Origin: Hypanus sabinus
Taxonomy: Eukaryota
Assembly (NCBI RefSeq): GCF_030144855.1
Contig: NC_082709.1
Location: 148,800,001-148,864,000, forward strand
Direction: 5' to 3'
Length of the DNA: 64,000 nucleotides
The notes beneath the pieces are model-generated. The model did not search any database, was not told where the DNA came from, and saw only the letters and a list, made by a program, of their open reading frames with translations. Below are positions 11,570 through 23,829 of the stretch, piece by piece (position 1 is the first letter of the stretch; each line of letters begins with the position of its first letter). Position numbers and translations under genes: made by a program.

Positions 11570-14500
11570 GTTTACACATCTTGAACAGAAGTGGATCAGA
11601 ATGTCACCACACACCAACGTACCTGAGCCCACAGTCACTGTTGTGGGCGCAAGATCTGTCTTCCCGAAAGTGAACCCGCAGAAAGCATCTGACCTGGGTG
11701 GTGATCCTGGCCATGTCCTTGAAACCTGTGCAGATCACCAGACTCTGAGATTTTGGGACTCAACTCTTCCTCTTGCACCTGGACTTCCTGATCAGCAGAC
11801 TGCAATCAGTTAGGATAAGTAGTAATGCTTCTGTCATGATGATACTCAACACTGATGCCCTAGAAGTCTGTATCCTTCAACTCTATGCCCTTTGGAGTGA
11901 TGACTATATTGACAGAATCTGCTCTAAGTCCGTCTGCAGTAAGCAGAAGATACCACCGTAGTGAACCATATCTCAAATGATGATTAGTCAAAATATAGGA
12001 ATGAGTTAGAGCCTAGTGTCAATCAGAATAAGCTTTCTTTCGGTGTCAGTGACTTCAGTAAGGGGGGTGGTACAGGTGCTCCTGTCGATATCGATGGTGC
12101 TATGGTTGAGAGGATTGAGGCTATCAAGTTCCTAGGAGTGAAAATCACCAATCACCTGTTGGTCCAGCCACATTGATGCCATGGCCAAGAAAGGTCACCA
12201 GCAGGAGGGTAAAGAAATTTGGCATTCCCCTTTTAACCTTTACCAATTTTTACATGCTGTACCATAGAAAGCATCCTATCCAGATGCAACAGTGGTTGGT
12301 ACGGCAGCTGCTCCACACATGACCACAAGAAACTGAAGAGTTGTGTGCACAGCCTTGCACATCCTGGAGACCAGCCACCCCTCCATGGACTCTGTCTACA
12401 CTTCCTGCTGTCTCAGTAAAACACCCAGCATAATCAAAGATCCCAACCACCCTAGACATCATCTGCGGTTTCTCCACAACACTATGGGCACAGTTACAGG
12501 AAAGCACATAATGTCAGGCTCAAAGACTGCTTCTATCCTGCTCTTATAAGACTATTGAATGTTTCCCCAGTACAATAAGATGGACTCCTTATCTCTAAAT
12601 TACCAAAATTCAAAGTAAGTTTATTTTCAAAGTACATATATGTTATCATAAACAATCCTGAGATTTGTTTACTTGCAGGCATACAGTAAATCTAAGAAAT
12701 GCAATAGAATCGATGACTGCAGCCAACAGGACGGACAAACTACCAATCTTCAAAAGACAACACGGGTCCACCACGTGGCTGTGTGCTTGGCCCCCTGTTC
12801 TACTCATCTTATACCTATGACTATGAGGCTAAGCACAGCTCCGATGCCCTATTCAAGTCTGCTGACGATACCACTGTCATAGGCCAAGTCAAAGGTAGTG
12901 ACGAATCCGCATACAGGACAGAGATTGAAAAATCTGGCTGAGTGGTGCCATAACAACAACCCCTTACTCAATGTCAGCAAGAAGACCAAGTAACAGATTA
13001 CAGACTTCAGGAGAAGGAAACCAGAGGTCCATGAGCCAGTCCTCATTGGAAGATCAGAGGTGGAGAGGGTCAGCAACTCTAAGGCCCACTGTGTTATTAT
13101 TTCAGTGGACCTGTCCTGGACGTAGCATGCAAGTGCAATTACGAAGGAAGCCCGGCAGTGCCTCTACTTCCTTAGGAATTTGTGAAGATTCGCATGACAT
13201 CTAAAAATTCCATACATGTCTAGTGGAGAGTACATTGACTAGGTGCATCTCAACCTGGTGTGGAAACGCCAATGCCCTTGAACAGAAAATCCTGCATATG
13301 GCCCAGTCCATCATCAGTAGAGCCCTCCCCACCACTGGGCACATCTACATGAAACACTGTGGCAGGAAAGCAGCATCTGTCATCAGGGACACCCACCACC
13401 CAGGCCGTGCTGTCTTCTCAAAGGTTCATTTTATTTCAAAGTATGCACGTACAATGCAACTCTGATATTTGTCTTCTCCAGATAGTTATGAAATTCAGAA
13501 AGACCATGGGTGTTGACGGAAGAAAAGCACAAAAAGAAAAGAAACAAAACTCGCTGACCCTAAAATCCCCCACCTCTCCCCGCAGAAAAATAGCAGTGAC
13601 AATGACAATCCCCGACCCCTTTAGTCACAGAAAAGAGCAGTGACAGTAGCATCAAAACCCCTAAATCTTCACCCCACACACAAAAAATTAACAGATCGCC
13701 CACCTACCAATTGACCACAAGAAAGAAAACACTGAAGCCATTATAAAGTACAGTCCAATATTCACATGAATATCAGAAACATCTTTTGTCTGCATACGAG
13801 GAGAGCCACATGAACTCAGTCCTTCTGTAAAGAGTGACTACTGATCCGGGTCCGAACATCATCAATCAGGTTCAATCGCGTCGATCCGGCTACTGACCAT
13901 CAATGCTTCAGTCTTCCTCACCACTTTGAGATGGTGTCGCTTTGTGAACCCATGCCTTTTCTCTCGTTTCTGGTCTTTTCCATGAGTCAGTTCATGTTCT
14001 TGGTTCTTTTCAGCCCCCAATCTCTGACCTCCATGAGGTAGCTCTCCAGACACAGCGGAGCACTTTATCCTTTGATCGAATCCCAAACTATTTGTCACAG
14101 GTTCCAACAGTTTCCCTAACACAAACAAGACAAAGAACAAGCTGAAGGTGCAGGAGAAGTGGAATAATTAGAGAGATTTGCTATCTGGAAAACATCACCC
14201 AAAGAATTGTTTGCTGCTGCCATCAGGAAGAAGGTGCAGGAGTCTAAGGACTCACACTAGGAACAGTTATTACCCCTCAACCATAAGGCTCTTGAAACAA
14301 AGGGGATAACTTCACTCGCCCATCATTGAAGTGCTCCCACAACCGATGGACTCACTTCCCAGGACATGTTCTCTATTTATTTATTTATTATTTCTTTCTT
14401 TTTGTATTTGTACAGTTCTTTATATTTTGCAGTCTTGTTGAATGCCCAAGTTGGGCAGTCTTTCATTGTTTCTGTTATTATTCTATAGATTTGTTGAGTA

Positions 14501-14945
14501 TGCCTACAAGAAAATGAATTTTAATGTTGTATATGGTGAAATATGTGTAATTTGATAATAAATTTACTTTAAACTTAGAAATAAGAATAATAATAAATAA
14601 GCAAAAAATAAACATTGAGAACATGAGATGAAGAGTTCATGAAAGTGAGATTGTGGGAACAGTTCAATGATGGGGCGAATGAAGTTATCCCCTTTGGTTC
14701 AAGAGCCTGATGGTTGAGGGGTAATAACTATTCCTGAACTTGAGACTCCTGTACCACCCTCGTAATGGCAGCAGCAACAAGATGAAAGCATGGCCTGTGT
14801 AGTGAGAGGGGGCGTTGATGATGAATGCTGCTTTCCTGTGACAGTGCTTTGTGTAGATGTGCTCAGTGGTGGGTAAGGCTTTATCTTTGAGGGACTTGGT
14901 TGTATCCATGACTCTTTGTAGGATTTTCCATTCAAAGGCATTTGT
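11570..14945. mobile_element. Mosaic of Rex1/Babar-type LINE fragments in both orientations
   Basis: Plus-strand pieces (FPKVNPQKAS; AAGTCTGCTGACGATACCACTGTC = K(F)ADDTT; FSGPVL). Minus-strand tails (TTCAAAGTAAGTTTATTTTCAAAGTAC at ~12610; 14590-14945). An inverted pair lies at ~14200-14570 (+) / 14590-14945 (-). Confidence 0.7.
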
Positions 14946-14952
14946 GTTTCTG

Positions 14953-15165
14953 TGATAATGTTGTAGTGTGGGTGAAATCACGGGAGAGAGAGTTATTGCT
15001 AGGTACAAACCAGCTTCTTTATTCAACACAAGGTATAGCAAGCATCATACAGAGACCCTGTGGTGGAAAAGGTCTGGTAGCCCAATGTGGGCTCTATTTA
15101 TTTGCTAAACATAAAGGGCAGTCTCTATTTACAAAGTACAGACAATGCTTCTTTTGAAGCTGCGT
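14953..15165 (-). repeat. Possible solo-LTR-like fragment (unclassified)
   Basis: Begins TGTTGTAGTG, carries a minus-strand AATAAAG (CTTTATT) and AT-rich TATA-like tracts. No TSD or internal domain seen. Confidence 0.25.
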
Positions 15166-15209
15166 ATAAACTAGGGAATGAAGTCATAATCTATTCATCC
15201 TTTCTCTAT

Positions 15210-15720
15210 GACTCAGGCCCTCAAGTCCTTGTAAATTTTCTCTTCACTCTTTCAGTCTCATTGATATCTTTCCAGGGTGTAGTTCACCAGAATTGCACAC
15301 AATACTTCAAATTAGGCCTCACCAATGTCTTATACTACTTCAACATAACATGCTAACCCTTGTACTCAATACTCTGGTTTATGAAGTTTCCTATGCCTAA
15401 AGCTCACTTTATGGCCTTTTCTCATGTGCCTGTGGTGCTATTTTCAAGAAATTATGGATCCGTATTCTCAGAACCCTTTCCTCTACTGCACTCCTCAGTG
15501 CCCTACCGCTAAGCATGGTTTGTCTCCCACTATTTTGCATTAAGTTCCATCTGCCATTTTTCCAGCTGGTCCAGATCCCATTGCAAGCTCCGAAAGCCTC
15601 CTCACTGTCCACTATATCTCCAGTCATGGTGTCATCCACAACTTTGCGTATCCAATTTACAATGAATTGATCTGTATGAAAGGAATACTAGATAATCTTT
15701 TCACTGTACCTTCGTATGTG
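15210..15720 (-). mobile_element. CR1 LINE 3' fragment
   Basis: ORFs give CR1 remnants (DDTMTGDIVDSEE = FADDT..G..VDS; QYFKLGLTNVLY is the antisense of the YKTLVRP region). Confidence 0.75.
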
Positions 15721-15770
15721 TGACATTAACACACCAAACAAAACTCCCAAGAGAACTCTATTCCCTTGAA

Positions 15771-15895
15771 ACAACAACACATACAAAATGCTGGTGGAAC
15801 ACAGCAGGCCAGGCAGCATCTATAGGGAGAAGCGCTGTCGACGTTTCGGGCCGAGACCCAGCATTTTGTGTGTGTTGTTGTTTGAATTTCCAGCA
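15771..15895. mobile_element. 125-bp PLE-derived inverted-repeat mini-element with an 11-bp TSD
   Basis: 26-bp inverted repeat at 15769-15794 / 15858-15883 (one mismatch). Direct repeat ATTCCCTTGAA at 15760-15770 and 15896-15906. Contains a minus-strand partial hammerhead GGGTCTCGGCCCGAAACGTCGAC. Confidence 0.75.
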
Positions 15896-17399
15896 ATTCC
15901 CTTGAACAGTTTTGCTGATAATTTAACAACTAGGGATCTAGTGCTTGACTGTTCAATTCATGCTGGTTGACATATTTGTTTATTTCATTGGTAATTTCAA
16001 AAACTGGATATGAAGTGTTTCTTAAATCAATCCTGCGCTAATTTTTAGAACTGTCTTGAAAATGGAGAATGACTAATGACCTTTGTGTTAGCTTAAGCAA
16101 TAACATGTCACCCAAGAATTGACTGCATGTTGGAATAAATGGTTTGCTGCAGGAAATATTTCTGTGTATTGTGCTTTGTACAGTCAAGCAGTTTTATTCA
16201 TACTTGTAGCTTAACAAAGGGAGAATTAAAGGGGAGCAATATCACAGAGCTGTGTAAGCATGGAAGTGCATTTCTGCTTTCATGTCATTGTTTGATTTGA
16301 GATATCATTCTTGTAAAATAATCTACAAACGTTTGTAAGTTCAGGAACAGAATATGAACAGTAGCAGTTAACTCTTCGTTTTGGCAATGCATGTTGAAGT
16401 AATAACTCTTACAATGTAGAAAATATGAGCATGTATGACCTGTTTAGACTCATCTTGATCCTCTTCAGTCACCTCAATCCCTAGGCACTCGATAGTGTCT
16501 CTTCTTTCCTCAAAACTGAGAAGCCATCTCATTCCTCAGCAGTGCACAAACGCACACCGCTGTTAACGCTCGTCCTGGATTAATGGGAATTATTGACTCC
16601 ACAATGGAACTTGATCCTTGCCTGTACTTCAGGTATTAAATTCAGGATCCGTTTTGCTTAGATTTTTCTCAATCTCACTTTTCCTTAATATATTCTGAGT
16701 GAATGACTGAGCGAACTATTATGCATGGTGGGGGTGGAAATTTTATGTTATTTAATACAGAGCTTTTAAGTTGGGTTCCTAAAATGCTATTTGAAGTGAA
16801 GCCATTTCAAATATTTTTCAATCTATATGTTAATTATGGGTTTCATTTATCAAATGTAGAATGGATAAAATTGTGGTGGTTGAGCATCCTCAAACCAAGT
16901 ACAGACCTGTTCCTGTTTATAATCTAACTGCAGGACATCCAGAGTGGTCATTTCCTCTCAATCAAATGTAATTTTGAAAATTATACTTTCATTGCTGTTT
17001 TGAGGACCCCTGTCATTTCAAAAGCTCCAATAATGAAGAAGAGGGAAGTGTCAAACATTTAAATTATGTATTCCTCATCCAAGTTGCTGTAATTGTTCAG
17101 TGTCATTATTCAAATTATAATAAAGGCTGTGTGATCTTCCTTTATGTTGCATTTATACTACACATTTCTATAACTGCCTTTTAACCTGTGTAGTACGCCG
17201 TGAGGGCCAAATTGAATGATACAATCAAATATGCCGTGAGGCTCTGGGTTAAGAAGGGAAACTGCAAGCCAACTAATTCCTAGTTAATGTGAAAAGTCTG
17301 GAAAGAGGAGGAGATCGAGATGTGGGGAAGCTTGGATGCATGGTTAGAACTGGCTTGCCCACAGAAGGCGAGGGGGAGGAGTAGATGAAGTGTATTCTG

Positions 17400-18300
17400 T
17401 CTGGAGGTTGGTGATTTGTGGTGTTTCACAACAATCTGTCTTGGGATTCTACTCTTTTGTGATTTTTACCAATTATTTAGATGAAGAAGCGGGTTAGTAA
17501 GTTTTCAGATGACACAAAGTTTGTGGGTGGTGTAGGAAAGTTGTCGTAGGTTACAAAGGGATATGGACAGGATGTAGAGTTTGGGCTGAAGGGTGGCAAA
17601 TGGAGTTCAGTCCAGAAAAGCAGGAAATAGATGCATTTTGGAAAATTGAACTTGAAAGTGGAGTACAAGGTTAATGGTAATATTCTTAGTAGTGTGGAAG
17701 AACAGTGACATCTTAGGGTCCAAGATCATTGATCCCTTAAATTTTCCTTGCAAGAAGGCGTATGCTGTGTTGGTCTTCATTAGTCAGGAGTCGTACGGTA
17801 ATGTTGTTGCTCTATAAAGACCAGGTTGGACCATACTTAGAGTAGTATGTTCAGTTATAAGCAGGAAGTCAACGCTTCAGAGAGGACGCAGAGGAGATTT
17901 ACCAGGATGCTGCCTGGATTAGAGAGCATGTATTGTGAGGAAAGGTTGAGCGAGCTTGGGCTTTTCTCTTTGAAATGAAGGAGGATGAGAAGTGACTTGA
18001 TACTTGTGTATAAGGCATTGAGAAGTATAGATACAGCATCTTTCTCCCAGGATGGCAATGGACAATACCAGAGGTGAGTGAAGGAAAGCTTAAGGGAGAT
18101 GTCAGAGGTAGATCCTTTGCACAGAGTAGTAGGTGGAGGAACACACTGCCGGAGGTGGTGTTGGAGGCTGAAACAATGAGGGCATTTAAGGAACTCTTAG
18201 ATAGGTACATGGATGTCAGAAAAATGAAGAGTTATAGGTGATGTAGGAGGGAAGGGTTGGATTTATCATGGAGTAGATTTATGGTGATTGGTACAATATT
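17400..18300 (+). mobile_element. CR1 LINE 3' fragment
   Basis: GTAAGTTTTCAGATGACACAAAG (KFADDTK region), ACCAGGATGCTGCCTGGATTAGAG, and a typical CR1 3' end. Confidence 0.85.
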
Positions 18301-18619
18301 ATGGGGTGTACTGTTCTGTCATAGGTACTATGAGTGTGGACCACCTTGGGCCAGACTCCAGTTTTCATGTTACCTCCAGTATGTTAACTGAAACTGTAGT
18401 TATTGCTGCCCTGATTCTCAAATGAGGAACTCCTCATGGGGTACAGTCTTCAGTAATAGTTGGTGTTCATGGATCCCAAACCCAGCAAGGGTCAACAGTG
18501 AAAGTTTAGAGGAGGGTGCAGGAAACAGAGTTCTGATTTGAGCATTTCGCATGAATCTGCTAGTTTTCAGTAAGTTCCTGTCTTCTAACCATGTTTTTCA
18601 TATCTATTCCCTTTTGCAG

Positions 18620-18997
18620 GTGTGTGCTCGGCTCAGAGGCGAGTTGAGGTACAGGAAGGCCCCCTGATCAGAGTGGAGGGTTACCATATAACCATCTGGT
18701 GCAATGTGTCTGGGTACTCGGGATCTACGCAGCAGAACTTTGAGTGGTCAATCTATCTGCCTTCAGCACCAGAGCGACAAATCCAGATGGTCAGCACCAA
18801 TGATCCAAACTACTCCTATGCAATATACGCAAACAGAGTGCAGAATAAGGAGGTCTACGTTGAGAGAATTGACCGAGACTCAGCCCTATTGCACATTACC
18901 AAGCTGCAACTCGGAGATGCCGGGGAATATGAATGTCACACCCCGAACACAGAATCTACGTATTGGGGGTCCTACAATGCCAAGGGGAATCTGACAG
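18620..18997 (+). CDS. IGSF3: IGSF3 internal exon encoding the end of the signal peptide and Ig V-type domain 1 (phase 1-1, 378 nt)
   Basis: Acceptor ttcccttttgcag|GT ends at 18619, with branch-like TTCTAAC at 18583-18589; donor ACAG|gtaggt starts at 18998. Translation: (G)VCSAQRRVEVQEGPLIRVEGYHITIWCNVSGYSGSTQQNFEWSIYLPSAPERQIQMVSTNDPNYSYAIYANRVQNKEVYVERIDRDSALLHITKLQLGDAGEYECHTPNTESTYWGSYNAKGNLT. This matches my recollection of vertebrate IGSF3 (HITIWCNVSGY, WSIYLPSxPER, DAGEYECHTP). Both Ig cysteines are present. Confidence 0.93.
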
Positions 18998-19009
18998 GTA
19001 GGTGACTTT

Positions 19010-21040
19010 TAATAAGACCATAATAAGCCTTAGGAGCATAATTAGGCTATTTGGCCCATCGAGATTTATTTCCCCCTCAAATGCATTCTCCTGCCTTCTC
19101 CCCATAACTTTCATGCCTTGACTAATCAAGAACCTTATCAACCTCCACCTTAAATACACCCAATGATTTGGCTTCTACAGCTGCCTTTGGCAAGGAATTC
19201 CACAAATTCACCAAGTCAAGTCAAGTCATTCGCAGGAGGGGTGGACTTCCTCGTCGCCGTGTCATTTTCTGCCTCAAACCGGGTGTAGAAGTTATTCAGC
19301 GCATTTGGGAGGGAGTCATCACCACAGCATAGCTGAAGAAGTTCCTCCTCATCTCCTTGGTCCTAGACTCCCCACCAGTGGGAACATTCTCTCCAAATCC
19401 ACTCTATGTAGGCCTTTCAACATTTGATATGTTTCAATGAGATCCTCTCTCATTCTTCCAAATTCCAACAATTCCCAGAGCAATCAATCATTCCTAATTC
19501 AATAAGACTTTCATTCCCAGAATCATTCTCGTGGACCTCCTCTGAACCCTTCTCAATGTCAGCACATCCTTTTTTAAATAAGGGGCCCAAAACTGCTCAC
19601 AATGCTTCAAGCGAGGTCTCATCAGTGCTGTAAAAAGCCTCAACATTACATCCTTCCTTTTATATTCTAGCCTTCTTGAAATGAATCCTGACATTACATT
19701 TGCCTTCCTCCTTACTCACTCAGCTTACAAGTTAACCTTTAGTAAACACTGCATGAAAACTCCAGAGACCCTTTACACCTCCTGATTTTTTTGAATTTTC
19801 TCCCCGTTTGGAAAATAGTCTATACTTTCATTGCTTCTATGAAGTTGCATGACCATGCACTTCCTGTCATTGTATTCCATATGCCACTTTGACCATTCTA
19901 CTAATCTGTCCAGATCCTTCAACAGCCTTCCTGCTTCCTCAACACTACCTGCACCTCCACCATATTGTCCACAAACTTGGCCATGAAGCCATCAATTTTG
20001 TCATTCAAATCATGGGCATACCACAAAAAAAGAAATGACCCCAAAATTGACCCCTGCAGAGAACCACAAGTCACCAGCAGTCAGTCAGAAGATTCCCTCT
20101 GTTCCCACTTTGCCTCCTGCCAATCAGGCACTGATTTATCCATTCTAGTAACTCTCCTGCAATACCATGGCCTCTACGCTTGATAAGCAGCCTTATGTCC
20201 AGCAACTTGTCAAAGGCATCTTGAAAATCCAAGTACAGAACATCCACCAATTCCCCTTCGTCTATTCTGCTTGTTATTTCCTCAAAGAATTCTAACAGAT
20301 CTGTCAGGCAAGATTTTCCCTTAAGGAAACCATGCTGACTTGGCCTATTTTACCATGTGCTTCCAAGTACTGCAAAACCACACCCTTAACAATTGACTCC
20401 AACATCTTCCCAACTGCTGAGGCCAGACTGGCTGGCCTGTAATTTCCTTTCATCTGCCTCCTTCTCGTCTTGAAGAGTGGAGTGACATTTGCAATTTTTC
20501 AGTCCTCCGGAACCATTCCAGAATCTAGTGGTTCTTGAAAAAATCATTAATAATACTTCCATACTCTCTTCAGCTACCTCCTTCAGAACCCTGGGGTGCC
20601 ATCAATCTAGCCCAGGTGACTTCAAACCTTTTAGTTTCCGAAGCACCTTTTCTCTAGTAATAGCAACTGCACTCACGTCTGCCCACTGACACACTCAGAC
20701 TTCCAGGATATTGCAAGAGTCCTCCACAATGAAGATTGGTGCAAAATACTTACTCAGTTCATCTGACATTTCCATTATTTTACAGCTGTCCAATATCTAC
20801 TCTTGCCTCTCTTTTGCTTTATTTATCTAAAAAACCTTCTGGTATCCTCTCAGATATTGTTGGCCAGCAATATTTCATCCTCCCCACCCCATGACTTTTT
20901 AATTGCCTTCTGTTGGTTTTTAAAAGTTTCTCAATTATCTAACTTACCACTAATTTTTGCTCTATAATATGTAAACTCTTTCACTTTTATGTAGTTTCAT
21001 CTTCTCTTGTCAGCCACAGTTGCATCATCCTGACTTTAGA
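19010..21040 (-). mobile_element. CR1 LINE (RT 3' half) interrupted by a 119-bp Rex-derived insert at ~19213-19331
   Basis: Minus-strand ORF DVMLRLFTALMRPRLKHCEQFWAPYLKKDVLTLRRVQRR, plus HGFLKGKSCL-like and GPDG regions upstream. Confidence 0.88.
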
Positions 21041-21042
21041 AT

Positions 21043-21527
21043 ACAGACAGACAGACATACTTTATTGATCCCGAGGGAAATTGGGTTTCATTGCAGCCGC
21101 ACCAACCAAGAATAGTGAAGAAATATAGCAATATAAAACCATAAATAATTAAATAATAATAAGTTAATCATGCCAAGTGGAAATAAGTCCAAGACCAGCC
21201 TATTGTCTCAGGGTGTCCGACACTCCGAGGGAGGAGTTGTAAAGTTTGATGGCCACAGGCAGGAATGACTTCCTATGACGCTCAGTGTTACATCTCGGTG
21301 GAATGAGTCTCTGGCTGAATGTACTCCTGTGCCTAACCAGTACATTATGGAGTGGATGGGAGTCATTGTCCAAGATGGCAAGCAACTTGGACAGCATCCT
21401 CTTTTCAGACACCATCGTCAGAGAGTCCAGTTCCACCCCCACCACATCACTGGCCTTACAAATGAGTTTGTTGATTCTGTTGGAGTCTGCTACCCTCAGC
21501 CTGCTGCCCCAGCACACAACAGCAAAC
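21043..21527 (-). mobile_element. Rex1/Babar-type LINE 3' end with (TCTG)n tail
   Basis: ORF 21200..21517 (INKLICKASDVVG...HPLH...PPRCNTERHRKSFLPVAIKLYN). The tail reads TACAGACAGACAGACATACTTTATT on the + strand. Confidence 0.8.
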
Positions 21528-22690
21528 CCTCAGAAACTGATTGGAAAGCTGAGCTGACTGGGCCTGAACACCTCCCTCTGCAACTGGATCCTAGACTTCC
21601 TGACTGGGAGACCTCAGTCGGTCCGGATCGGGAGCAGCATCTCCAACACCATCACACTGAGCACGGGGGCTCCCCAGGGCTGTGTGCTCAGTCCACTGCT
21701 GTTCACTCTGCTGATCCATGACTGTGCTGCAACACACAACTCAAACCAAATCATCAAGTTTGCCGATGATACGACTGTGGTGGGTCTCATCAGCAAAAAT
21801 GACAAGTCAGCATACAGAGAGGAGGTGCAGTGGCTGACAGACTGGTGCAGAGTGAACAACCTGTCTCTGAATGAGAACAAAACAAAAGAGATGGTTGTTG
21901 ACTTCAGGAGGGCATGGAGCGACCATTCTCCGCTGAACATCGACGGCTCCTCGGTAGAGATCGCTAAGAGCACCAAATTTCTTGGTGTTCACCTGGCGGG
22001 GAATCTCACTTGGTCCCTCAACACCAACTCCATAGCAAAGAAAGCCCAGAAGCATCTGTACTTTCTGCGAAGGCCGAGGAAAGTCCATCTCCTACCCCCA
22101 TCCTCATCACATTCTACAGGGGTTGTATTGAGAGCATCCTGAGCAGCTGCATCACTGCCTGGTTCAGAAATTGCACCATCTTGGATCGCAAGACCTTGCA
22201 GTGGATAGTGAGGTCAGCTGGGAAGATCATCAGGGTCTCTCTTCCCACTATTACGGATATTTACACTACACGCTGCATCCACAAAGCAAACAGCATTATG
22301 AAGGACCCCACATACCACTCATACAAACTCTTCTCCCTCTTGCCGTCTGGGAAAAGGCACCGAAGCATTCAGGCTGTCACGACCAGACTATGTAACAGTT
22401 TCTTTCCCCAAGTCATCAGACTCCTCAATACCCAGAGCCTGGACTGACACCTTACTGCCCTATTGTCTTGTTTATTATTTATTGTAATGCCTGCACTGTT
22501 TTGTGCACTTCATGTAGTCCTGGGTAGGTCTGTAGTCTAGTTTTTTTTCCTGTGTTGTTTCTTACGTAGTTCAGTCTAGTTTTTGTACTGTGACATGTAA
22601 CACCATGGTCCTGAAAAACATTGTCTCATTTTTACTATGCACTGTACCAGCAGTTATGGTTGAAATGACAATAAAAGTGACTTGACTTGA
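21528..22690 (+). mobile_element. Rex1/Babar-type LINE RT and 3' UTR with (GACTT)n tail; relatively young
   Basis: [86 protein letters not shown]. Ends AATAAAAGTGACTTGACTTGA. Confidence 0.88.
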
Positions 22691-23815
22691 AGAGCCCATG
22701 GTATTACATGAAAGTTACCAGTGTAGTTAGAGTCTTGACTGATTGGTAGGAGGCAGCGAGTGGGAATAAAATAATTATTTTCTGGTTGACTGCCAGTGAA
22801 TGGTGGTGTTCCATCGGGGTCAGTGTTGGGCACACCTCTTCTTATGCTCTATATCAATGATTTAGATGATGGAATAGATGCTTTTGTTGCCAGCTGTGCA
22901 GATGATATGAAGGTTGGTGGAGGGACAGGTGGTGTTAAGGAAAAAGGCAGAATGCAGAAGGACTTAAGCAGATTCAGAAAATGGGCAAGAAAGTGGTAAA
23001 TGAAATATTATGTTGGAAAATATATCGTCATGCACTTTGGTTAAAAAAATAAATGTGCAGACTATTTTCCAAATGGGAAGAAAATCTAAAAATCTGAGAT
23101 ACAAAAGAACTTGGGAGGCTTTGTGCAGAAGACCCTAAAGGTTCAACTGCAGCTTGAGTCGGTGGTGAGGAAGGCAAATGCCATGTTAGAATTCGTTTCA
23201 TGAGGTCTAGAGTACAAGAGCAGGATGTGATGCTGAAGCTTTATAAGGCACTTGTGAGGCCTCACCTTGAGTATTATGAACAGTTTTGGGCTCCTCGTCT
23301 AAGAAAAGATGTGTTGGCATTGGAGAGAGTTCAGAGAAGATTCACAAGGATTATTCTGGGAATGAAAGGTTTATCATGCAAGGAATGTTTGGTAGCTGTA
23401 GGTCTGTACTCACTGGAATTTAGAAGGATGAGAGGGTATCTCATTAAAACTTCGAATGTTGAAAGGCCTAGACAGAGTAAATGTGTAAAGGATGTTTCCC
23501 ATGGGAGGGGACTCCAGCACAAGAGGTCACAGCCTCAGGACAGAGGCATGTCCATTTAAGAGATGTGGAGAAATTTCTTTAGCCAAAGGGTGATGAATTT
23601 GTGGAATCTGTTGCCACATGCAGCTGTGGAGGCCAGATCGTTGGGTGTATTTAAGGCACAGATTGAAAGGGCCTTGATTGGCTGTGGCATCAAAGGTTAT
23701 GGGGAGAAGGCCAGAGAGTGGGGATAAGCAAGTGAAAAAAGGATCAGCCATGACTGAATGTGAAATAGACTTGATGGACCAAATGGCCTAACTCTACTCC
23801 TATGTCTTATGGTCT
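22691..23815 (+). mobile_element. CR1 LINE 3' part
   Basis: GVPSGSVLGTPLLMLYINDLDDG, CADDMKVGG, MLKLYKALVRPHLEYYEQFWAP, and a CR1 3' UTR. Confidence 0.9.
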
Positions 23816-23829
23816 TGTGGTTATGGTCT

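Noticed and set aside
16581-16637. Possible IGSF3 signal-peptide exon ending TCAG|gtatta
   Set aside because: The phase-1 frame (WELLTPQWNLILACTS) has no ATG and is preceded by TAA. The ATG frame gives a non-hydrophobic peptide in the wrong phase.
18564-18575. TCA|GTAAGT donor-like site just upstream of the Ig1 acceptor
   Set aside because: It would define a ~50-nt intron, too short to be likely, and no upstream exon is evident. It is not an AG|GT recursive site.
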